From the human T2T-CHM13v2.0 reference genome, Homo sapiens: 64,000 nucleotides of DNA. The DNA is taken from the NCBI RefSeq assembly GCF_009914755.1, contig NC_060930.1; one strand, 5' to 3'. The notes beneath the pieces were generated by a model. It saw only the letters and a program-made list of their open reading frames with translations, ran no database searches and had not been told where the DNA came from. This document shows positions 53,136 to 64,000 of the stretch, piece after piece. The position numbers and the translations under genes were made by a program. Every line of letters begins with the position of its first letter. The stretch's first letter is position 1.

Positions 53136-55184
53136 TTTTCCTTCTAATCTCTTCTAATGCTTCCCTTAGGCATGTGCTGTGGTGCTTGAATGTTGTACTT
53201 TAAGAAGCTTCGCGAGCTGTCATTCCTCTGTAGGAATCATTTTCCTTTTCATGAGGATGACCTTTTTAAAAACGTAATCTGTTTTCCATCCTTACTGAGA
53301 TCATCTCTGTGGTTTATAGTCTTACACAGCCACACTGTCATTATCTTGTGGGTCCAAGTTGTGGACCTACCTTGTGGGACTTCCGTTATTAACCTGCCAC
53401 TCACAGAGCATCGACTACTTGACCTCTTTGAGTGTAATTCATCTATACTGTTTACCTTGCAGGATTCTGAGAAGTCAATAATATATGATTGCTAAACCCA
53501 AGGCAGGACACCCATTAGTTGCGACATTTTTATAATTCCTACAATACCAGGGACTGTGGATATATATTTGAAAAGACCCAGTTCTGACCTTCTTACAGGC
53601 TGCTGGGGAGACAGAGAAAGACAATTATAATGTGCTACTTGTTATAATGAAGATATTATTAGGTGTCATAAAAGCATAGAAGAGCAGTTACATCTGCCTA
53701 CATGAGTAAGAAAAAACTTTAAGAGGCCATCTAGAGTGGAATGATGATGCCCTTGAATGAGCAAGTAGCGTTTATTCCAAGGATTTTGTGAGTAGTATAC
53801 TCATGTGTTTCCTGTGAAGCCTTAACTGTGTATTTTAAGATTACCCTTACATTTTCTTGCCTGTTACAAAAAAATAAAAAGAACAGTTCTGATGCGTTAT
53901 CATTTGTAAATGTTAGTTGGTCCTATTTTAAGAGTTTATTTTTTAATTCTAGCATAGCCAGCCATGATCAGTTGTTTCGTGCTCTTCCATTTTTGCCTTT
54001 TAGCCCCTCTATTTTTTAATGTCTCTCCTTTCGAAAATGATGGAGAATTTTTACTTTTCATTGTTTTTACTGAAATAAAATTCATCAGCTTAAAAAGATC
54101 TAAAAGCAGATTGCTGAATGATATTTCCAGGTTTTATTTTTAATTGATGTGTCCCCCTCTGACTCAATGGCTTTTATACAGGACTATTCCTCGTTAAAAA
54201 TTCATGGAGAGAATTGTGTGTGGAGAATGGATGGGAATCAAAATGTGGGATGGTTTTAAGTACAAACCACTTCAGGAACCTGAAGCATCATTTAACAAAC
54301 CAGCGAGAAAACAAAACTTATTTTGAAAGACATAATCTGTGTAATATGGAGAAATCTATTAAGATTTTTCAGGTTTCATATGTCAATAAAATATTGCTTG
54401 AAGTCTATGCAAGCTACTTCTGTTCTAGGGAAACTGTCAGCAAGATACTAACTTTTCCAAAAACCAGTGGTAAGATTTAATATTCACTTCCCTTCCCCAC
54501 ATTGTTTTCTCTTGGAAAAGGTATACTAAGGTTTTGTGTCAGGTGGTGGTCATTGAAAAGTCTTATATAATGTAAGTAATGTTCATGAACTTGTCTGAAT
54601 GTTATTATTTTAATTATTCAGGACGTTTTCTGTATAAGGTTATGAGCTCTATCTTCCTTATGTAGGCCGTTTAGCTTAACTGTATTAAGGTAAAAGGTCT
54701 GTATCTAATTTAAAACTTAAAACCAAAAAATTTTTCCAAAATACAGTTAGTACTTGTAAGGAGGCCATGAGTAGGCGATGCATATAATTTAGTGCTGGAA
54801 AAATAATTCCATATATGCTTTAATTGAAAGGATATTGAGCTTATGACCCTTGCATATAAAAGACAACATTATAAACTCCATTACATCTTCTGTATCTCAA
54901 ACATTATGTCAGTCATTCATCTGCATGTGAACATCACCCACGAAATTATAGAGTTCAGCTTCATCTAGCATTTGTTATAGTACATAAGAATATATAGTGC
55001 AGTATTCTAATGTTACATTAGATCTCAAATAATCATGGCTGCAGTCAAGAGGATAGCACACAATATGGTACTTTAAATTATTTCCCATTGAAAAGCAAAA
55101 ATTAATGACTAACAGATATTAAAGTTAAATTTCTGAATAGAAAGAACCCAAGGCTTGTCATTTTAATTTTTATTGTTAATGTTT

Positions 55185-55185
<1 letters not shown>

Positions 55186-55222
<37 letters not shown>
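55186..55222. repeat. Poly(T) tract, ~37 nt
   Basis: Direct read; a MER5-like element follows at ~55248-55400. Confidence 0.9.
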
Positions 55223-55225
<3 letters not shown>

Positions 55226-55491
55226 AGTGATCCAGGATGCTCTTGCGTAGTGATTCTTAAATTTGGGACTGTGTGAGAATCAAGTTTCTAAACCCTCTTC
55301 AACCTACTGAATTAGAATCCATGGGCACGGGGCTAGGAAATTTCTAATTTTTAAAATCTCCCTAGCTGATTCTGATATATTCTAAAATTTGAGAACAACC
55401 AGTCTTGGGAAAATATTACTCCTATGATTTTAGATTTTTGTTTGTTTCTCTGAATGTTGTGGGTTTTTCCCTGCATTTGTGTTTTTGTTAG

Positions 55492-55683
55492 CAACCTTTC
55501 CCCTGGATCTCACAAAAACTCGACTCCAAATGCAAGGAGAAGCAGCTCTTGCTCGGTTGGGAGACGGTGCAAGAGAATCTGCCCCCTATAGGGGAATGGT
55601 GCGCACAGCTCTAGGGATCATTGAAGAGGAAGGCTTTCTAAAGCTTTGGCAAGGAGTGACACCCGCCATTTACAGACACGTAG
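55492..55683 (+). CDS. SLC25A27: SLC25A27 exon 2 (192 bp)
   Basis: Acceptor TTGTTAG|CA; [15 protein letters not shown] (Px[DE]xx[KR]x[RK] carrier signature) through [13 protein letters not shown]; donor G|GTATTT. Confidence 0.97.
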
Positions 55684-55817
55684 GTATTTATCTTGATTCT
55701 AGCTGGTAAGTTTGTTATGAGTTCTGTGTTTGTCTCCTGTGCTTTTCTGTTTGTCCAAAAACAAGTTAGTTTTTTTATCTTACTGATACAATAACTGAAC
55801 ACATACAGCACATAGTC

Positions 55818-56368
55818 TTTTTTTATTATTATTTAGGTTTTTTTTTTGAGATGGAGTCACACTCTGTCGCCCAGGCTGTAGTGCAGTGGCGCCATCTCAG
55901 CTCACTGCAACCTCTGCCTCCCAGGTTCAAGCGATTCTCCTGACTCAGCCTCCTGAGTAGCTGGGACTACAGGTGCACGCCACCACACCCAGCTAATTTT
56001 TTTTTTTTTTTTTTTAGAGAGTCTCGCTCTGTTGCCCAGGCTGGAGCACAGTGGTGTGACCCTGGCTCACTGCAACCTTTGTCTCCCGAGTTCAAGCGAT
56101 TCTCCTGCCTCAGCCTCCTGAGTAGCTAGGATTACAGGCACATGCTACCAAACCTGGCTAATTTTTGTATTTTTAGTAGAGATGGGGTTTCACCATGTTG
56201 ATCAGACTAGTCTCAAACTCTTGACCTTGTGAAATTTTTGTATTTTTAGTAGAGACGGGGTTTCACCATATTGATCAGGTTGGTCCCAAACTCCTGACCT
56301 CAGGTGATCCACCTGACTTGGCCTCCCAAAGTGCTAGGATTACAGGCGTGAGCCGCCGTGCCCAGCCA
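55818..56368 (-). mobile_element. Nested Alus: a truncated Alu (~55998-56232) inside the linker of an AluS
   Basis: Order is right arm, T-run plus second Alu, then left arm. Confidence 0.9.
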
Positions 56369-56530
56369 GAACACATATAGTCTCTTAAGAAGAAAAAAAT
56401 TAACTACTGATTATTATTAAGAAGTTACTGTCCTAAATTTTTAGAAACGCATACTCACGTATTTAGGGATGAACTGTCATGAAATCTGTAAACCACTTTA
56501 AAATATTTAATTAAGCAAAAAACAATGAAG

Positions 56531-57138
<608 letters not shown>

Positions 57139-58610
57139 TTAAAAAGTTAGAAAATTAAGGAAATATGGCAAAAATGTTAGCAGTTAATAAATCTCAATGG
57201 TAGAGATAGAGGGAGTTACATATTATTTACTTTTCAGTGTTTGAAAATTTTCTTAATAAAAATTTGTATAGGTTTAAGAAAGAAAAAGTGAATAGCTGAT
57301 TATCATTTTTCTTCACTTAAGAACTTTAAACACAGAATTTAAATTTTTCATATTTTTTGAAAATTAACATATATTTATTACAGTGCCAAATCTCATGAGT
57401 CCCTGTCTCATAATCTAAGACCAGGCTACTCTGAAAGAGGACAGAGTTCACTGCCTAATCCAACACTGGCTGTAGTGTAAATGCAACACAGGTGATTTTT
57501 GCCCCAGTTCCAAGGCTACCTAACTAGCTATGTGGGCCTTAGTCACCCTTAAAGGAAGATGGTTGCAACTATGCCAGTTAGAACATTTTTCTGCTCTGCT
57601 TCCACAGTGGCACTCACAAGAGGAGGACTTGATTTTATAGCTTGTGTACAGGAGAATATAAAGTTGGCTTCAAAGGAGGTAGGATAGGTTTGGCATTTTT
57701 CTCCTCATAATGTTTCCTGAAGCATGAAAGGATCCTTGATCAGAAGAGTGCTCAGTTCTAATTTCTAAAATTTGCTGGCTTAATATTTTTAAAGATTCAA
57801 TTCTCCATATGAGTAAGTTAGCGTGTATCATCAAAAACTATCTAGAACTGTGTGCAGAGACTGTTACTGGTTTTCCAAGTTGTATATTTTTGAGTATCTT
57901 AAAATATTTCATCAACTTTCTAAAACATCAAGAAAAGCTCTCTATACAAATACCATGGTTGATTTTAATTATTTTGTTTTCCATCCTTTTAAAAATATTT
58001 TCTGCTTTGCATCCCATTATTATTTTGAGTTTCTTTTCATTTGTAGTTTGTTGTTCATTGTGTTGTTTTACAGCTAAGATTCATTTCATACGTTTGATGC
58101 TTAGCTGAAAAATTACAATAAATTCTCCAATGAAATTATGTATCTTTATTTAATGAAAATGCCTGCTGCGTACCAAGGTATGTACTAGGGCATCTGGGGT
58201 AAGTAAAAACAAACACATAGAGCCTGCCTGGAGAAGCTCATGGTCTGATGGAAAGATAAGCAAGAAGAGTTAATTTCTAATCAATATGATAAAAAGGTCA
58301 GAGAGCAGTTTCTGAAAAACATGTTTTTGAGTTGAGTCCTGAAAGACAAGGAGATGTTAGTAAAGCAGAGAAGGGAGAATTCATTCTAGAAAGATCAGAC
58401 AGTGTGTGGGAAGGGCAGAGTCTGAAAAGAGCATGCCCCATTTGGAGAAGCATCAAGAAGCCCACGTGTTAGAAGCACCGGCCCCATGAGACAAAGACAC
58501 AGCTAGAGAGATTGACTAGGCCATGTCGGAATGTCCTCTTATTTTATACATACATAAGCATATAGATACATATAGCCAAAGTTACCTTTTTAATGATCTT
58601 TTTTACCCAG

Positions 58611-58695
58611 TGTATTCTGGAGGTCGAATGGTCACATATGAACATCTCCGAGAGGTTGTGTTTGGCAAAAGTGAAGATGAGCATTATCCCCTTTG
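58611..58695 (+). CDS. SLC25A27: SLC25A27 exon 3 (85 bp)
   Basis: Acceptor TACCCAG|TG; (V)[27 protein letters not shown](W); donor TG|GTAAGT. Confidence 0.96.
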
Positions 58696-59220
58696 GTAAG
58701 TTTTGTTTGGAAAATAATATGCTGTTGCCCCAAATGCCTTAATGTTTATTAGGTTTATGTAAAATTGTACATTTGTACCCAAATTGCCTTAAGTTATGGA
58801 CTTAAAATAATAATTACAATATAAGTCCAGATAATTGAGCATTTACTGCAGATGTATACAGACATACATGTATATACATATATAAATTGCATATATAGAG
58901 ATATTTAGTATTTTACTGTTGAAAGAATTCTTATAGAGTACCTTTTTATTCCTCTTTTTATTAAGAACTCTCGGCTTTAGAGTCAGACAGGGATGGGCTC
59001 AAATTCCTGCTCTGCTACTGTATAACCTGGACAAACTGCTTCACCTTTTTTATCTTCAGTTTTCACAGCTATAGAAGTAATACAAACCATTAAGTGTTTT
59101 TATAGGACACGGTGAGATGATGAATGTAAGTGTATATTATTTAACGGAAACTGAAAAAATCGGTTACTAAAAATAATATACATAGAGCTCCTATAAATAA
59201 ATAGAAATATAGAAAACACA

Positions 59221-59547
<327 letters not shown>

Positions 59548-59879
59548 TTATATATATAAAATTATATAACCTCTCAGCTGGACCACTGCCATCTAACTCG
59601 TCTCCTCCTCCATCCTCAAATGTGTACCCGGTATCCAGAGTGATTTATTTGAAACACAGATATTAACACATTATTGGTGTCCTTAAAACTTGTCACTGGC
59701 TTCTAATCACCCACAAAATAAAGTGGAGATTTTGGAATGTGACTTAGAAGATCTGCAATATCTGGCCTGTGTCTTCAGAGAACTAAGCAATTCATTGATT
59801 CTCTTGGAAAGAGTGGTGCACTAATGAGCTGAAAGATTCCACTGCCTGCACATACCAAACTGTTCTTCACCTCTGTGTC

Positions 59880-59918
59880 TGTGTGTGTGTGTGTGTGTGT
59901 GTATAGAGAGAGAGAGAG
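59880..59918. repeat. (GT)n(AG)n compound microsatellite
   Basis: Direct read. Confidence 0.92.
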
Positions 59919-60797
59919 AAAGCACAATAGAAAAATAAGGAAAGGATACCAATAGGCAGTTCACAAAAGAAATATACATGTTCATTAAACATAAAAATGT
60001 TCAAACTCACCAATAATCAGGGAAATTAATTAAAACTAACTTTAAGCTGTTAGTGGAAATATAAGTTACTATAGTCTTTTTGGAGCATAAATTACTTGTT
60101 AACATTTTTGAACGTGTAACCCCTTTGTGATTATAATCATTTATAAATGCTTCTACATATGCATTAAGACAGACACAAAGATATTGACTGTAGCAGTGTT
60201 GATGATAGAAAATTATTTTTTTAATTTAAACTATTGATTTGGAAGCAGTTAAGTAGGTTATGATATATTTATGGCATAACACAGCTATTGAAAGCATGAG
60301 GTGGGTTTCATATGACTAACATGGAAAGATGCCTATAAAATCTTTCTTAGGGTTAAAAAAATCTAAGTCACAGCTATAAAAAGGGGCAATATGTAGAGTT
60401 TCACCTTTCAGGCAACATTTCTTTATCTTGTTTTTGAAAAATTGTAATGTACTAAGCTATACTAATTGCTTTCCCAGAGTCAATTATGGAATAGATTTAT
60501 AGTCCTTGCGTTTTGGAATTTCTTCCAGAAGGGAAAGGTTTAAGTAAAAAGTGCAAAGGAAATATTATACCAGAACTTTTAGGGTGGATAGGTTTAATGT
60601 CCTTTTGACCCAATCAGAACAATTCATTCAGTCAGTAGGTATTTATTGGGTAATTATGGTATGGTATGCCAGTCTTATACTTAATACTGAGGCTATAGTA
60701 ATGAAAAAGAAACAGTCCTGCCGTCATTCAGCTTACAGTAACAGAGTCGATGAATAAACAATTAGAATTATGTAAAAAATACAGAGAAAAGAGTGGT

Positions 60798-60925
60798 TAT
60801 GAGAGATGCAAAGAGAAAAAATATGATAATGTATGTGCTCATCATTGTGTGGAGAAACAGGTATGAGAGATGCAAAGAGAAAAAATATGATAATGTATGT
60901 GCTCATCATTGTGTGGAGAAACAGG
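60798..60925. repeat. Perfect 64-bp tandem duplication
   Basis: 60798-60861 is identical to 60862-60925. Confidence 0.95.
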
Positions 60926-61620
60926 CATTTTCACAGGTTGTTGGTGGAAGTGCAAATTGATAAAGGTTTTCTGGAAAGCAATTTGACAGGCTCTAGCAAA
61001 TGTTATGTAAATGTTCAAATTTCTTAAAGTTATGTTCGTTAAATAAATTATGGCATATCCATAAAATGAAATACTGTCAAACTATTAAAAAGAATGAGGC
61101 TGCTCTATATGACCTGATAGGGATAGCCTTTAAGATATGCTGTTAAGAAAACAGTGCAGAACACTGTACAACTTGACATTCTATGTTAGCGCTTTTACAA
61201 AGGAACATTTATACAGATATGCTTGTGTATGCACAAACTGTCAGTCATAACTTAGTGTTTAAGACTGTGGGCTCTGCATGCAGGCTGTCTGGATTCACAT
61301 CTTGGCTGTCCCACTGATTAGTTGTGTGATTTGAGCTGCCATTCAACTGCTCTATGCTTCAGTTTCCTCATCTGACAGAGAGAATGACAGCACTGTCATG
61401 AGGGTTGATATGAGAATGAAATGGTATTTTTAAAATGCTCAGAACAGTGCCTGACATGAGCATTCAGTGAATTCGTTATTATCTCTGGCAAGGGATATAA
61501 TAAAATAGTAATTGTGATTGCTTCACTGGAGGGGAGCTGGACATAGAGGTCAGAAGGAGACTTTTCTTTTATACCCATTTGTAGCTCTTCAAGTTATTTT
61601 AAAGTAAAAGGAAATAAAAT
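60926..61620 (+). mobile_element. L1ME 3' remnant interrupted by a MIR (~61250-61480)
   Basis: aaataaattatggcatatccataaaatgaaatact; MIR ctctatgcttcagtttcctcatctg. Confidence 0.65.
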
Positions 61621-62024
61621 GCTTATTTTCCCCAAGAGACTACTGCAGTAATCTGGGTTAAAGTTGACCGGAGTCTAGCCTTTGTCTGTTAGGCTGACTA
61701 CATCTATGCAGTTTTTATTCCCCTGTAGTTGGAATTAAACTACAATTAAATTATCAATTCAGATGTGTGTATCTTTGAAGCAACTGCTCTTTCCTTTGGA
61801 TTTCAGGCCATATAAGGCCTGAAATTTTCACTCATTGTACTCCTTTAACCTCCCATCAGTAAACAGTCAAACTGTTTACTTTACTCTGTGACTTACTTGG
61901 GTATATCCTTTTCTTTACTTGATCTGAAATCTCTTACCTAGGCCCTGTACCAGCTCAGTATTGGTTCACTATAAAATTCGTGAAATTAATGGCAACTTTA
62001 AAAAGAATTTCCTTCTGCAATTAG

Positions 62025-62147
62025 GAAATCAGTCATTGGAGGGATGATGGCTGGTGTTATTGGCCAGTTTTTAGCCAATCCAACTGACCTAGTGAAGGTT
62101 CAGATGCAAATGGAAGGAAAAAGGAAACTGGAAGGAAAACCATTGCG
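62025..62147 (+). CDS. SLC25A27: SLC25A27 exon 4 (123 bp); gene continues beyond the window
   Basis: Acceptor AATTAG|G; [40 protein letters not shown](R), second carrier signature; donor CG|GTAAGT. Confidence 0.96.
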
Positions 62148-63404
62148 GTAAGTTCTCCAATTAACCAATACCTCTCTTTTTCCCTTGGCCACCGTCATAT
62201 TTTTAACAAGTACCTAATAGAATTATCATCCAGTATGCAGTAAAGATATTACTTCTGACTTTTTTAATCTGGAAGTTCATTAAGAGGAACACTAAGCTGG
62301 ATCTTTTCTTTGCACTAGGAAGTGTACATGTTCTATACCAGACAAATTATATATGTGTAATGTTCTTTGCTGCTTTTCCCAGCCAAGGCTAGACTTGTCC
62401 CCTACTGCAGGTTAACATAAACAGTTTGATTATTAAAATTTGCCCTGGTGTGAATCTCAATTTTGCCACTGTGGCTTGGTGTTGTGGAAGTCACTTAACA
62501 TTTCTGGTCTCTTGGGTTTTCATCTTTATAAACTCGCTCAAAAGGCTGTCATGATGGTTAACATGCCTGACTGCTCATTAGTGTGAAAAACCTTGCTTTC
62601 ATTCCCTTTCTCCTGCAGAAAGAGAGTAGCAAGGATAACGTTGCATATTGTCCCAACTTTCTTGTTGAATCTCATTCCTCCTTCATCTTGAAGCCCTCTT
62701 TTTCCCTAATATGGCTTTGGGATATAAAATCCTCCCATTGCATTACACTATATTACTAAAATCCACCTTTCTTCCAAGGGTTTCATGTTCAACAGTTTAT
62801 TAAAATACCACTTAGTTTCCCCTGGGAAAGGGACAAAATCATGCAGATGGATAGACCTTTCCCAGAAAAAAGGTAATTACAGGATGACTTGAGCTGAGTA
62901 CAAAGGGAGCTGCTCCTGTGAACACTCCAGGTCTGCAGCTGAGCCAGAGGCAAAGGAGGGTTTGGGGCCATCTTCACCGCTGACCACTGCTGTCTGCCCC
63001 TCTTCATGTAGCTGACTCAGTGGAAAAGGAGACTGGGCTGCTGCAGCCCAGGGTCCCCTTCAGCCTTCAAAGCATGTAGAGAATATGCACAGCACAGGAG
63101 AAAAGGGTACCACTGTGACTTAACCAAGTAGTTTATAGAACCCCAGGGCCCAGTTTGTCATCTTATAACAACTTCTAATGACTAAATAACAGGGAGAAGT
63201 CACACTGCCTTGTTGGATAGGAGGAGAAAACTGGTTATTAGGATCCAGAATATCTGAGTTTTTAACTGATCACTCAGTTTTTTTCCCCTCTTTGTTCTTA
63301 ATGTTGGAAATTTTTGGATTGAATGCACCTAATGTAGTACACTTTAATAATCAAACTCTTTATATTAACCTGTAATAGGGGACAAGTTATATACTACAGT
63401 AAAA

Positions 63405-63815
63405 AGCATGAACATTGAGATCAGACAGCCTGGGATTCAAAGCCAGTCTTTACCATATTTTAGCTTTGTAATCATAGTCAAGTTCCTTACCCATTTTAAG
63501 CCTTGGTTTCTTCGAATGTAAATTAGAATCATATTATATACCTCACAGAATTTTCAGTATTAACATGCATCTCATGTATATTAAATGCTTGGTACTTAGT
63601 AAGTGCTCCATAAATTTTAGTTACAGTGATCATCATTCATGATCATAACTTCTCATGTATCATAACAGCAATTATGTGTGTCCAATAAATATGTGATATT
63701 ATCTTTTTGGTGAGATTCAGAGAGTGTGATGCCTGAGTAAAAGCCACACAGGCTAGTAAGTGGTGAAGGTGGCATGTGACTTCAGGTTTTTCTGACTACA
63801 TAAAGCTCAGACTTT
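63405..63815. mobile_element. Two MIRs (+ ~63405-63630; - ~63700-63815)
   Basis: gatcagacagcctgggattcaaa...; ccacacaggctagtaagtggtgaa. Confidence 0.65.
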
Positions 63816-64000
63816 CTTTTAATGCCAGAAGTTTTCATATTTGTTTATGCTTCTTCAGCACCATTCTTCATCTATCTATAGAGAAATGAGCAAGATAAAG
63901 ATAGTCTACTAAATTTTTTTGAAGCTAAAATTCTTCCGTTTTAAGAACTTTTTATGAAATTGTCCTTTTTACTTCTTAGTCTGTCATTTTTTATGAGATT

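Noticed and set aside
52440-53157. Multiple Arg/Gly/Ala-rich ORFs, and read-through tails of the exon 1 ORFs
   Set aside because: Stop-codon scarcity in the CpG island; the true CDSs splice at 52056 and 52948.
63990-64000. ...ATGAG|ATT as a possible SLC25A27 exon 5 acceptor
   Set aside because: GAG is a rare acceptor and only 3 nt are visible; cannot be supported.

Overview
Primate (human-like) genomic DNA carrying the head-to-head gene pair CYP39A1 (24-hydroxycholesterol 7-alpha-hydroxylase; minus strand, coding exons 1-7, with intron 7 running off the left edge) and SLC25A27/UCP4 (mitochondrial carrier; plus strand, coding exons 1-4, continuing off the right edge). The start codons are 610 bp apart across a CpG-island bidirectional promoter. 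All 11 exons have GT-AG junctions that join in frame. The rest is intron, dense with Alu, L1, L2, MIR, LTR and DNA-transposon relics; nearly all ORFs in the supplied track are repeat-derived or chance. I found no wholly new gene system. The strongest unexplained structures are: two L1 insertions with 3' transductions (one also 5'-inverted, one ending at an ERV LTR's own poly(A) site); a ~140-nt fold-back with half a MADE1 mariner MITE as its loop; strong-context upstream ORFs on both sides of the shared promoter; a perfect 64-bp tandem duplication; several aberrant Alus with intact TSDs; and His at CYP39A1 codon 103. Repeat subfamily names come from recalled consensus motifs, and repeat boundaries are approximate unless TSDs are given.
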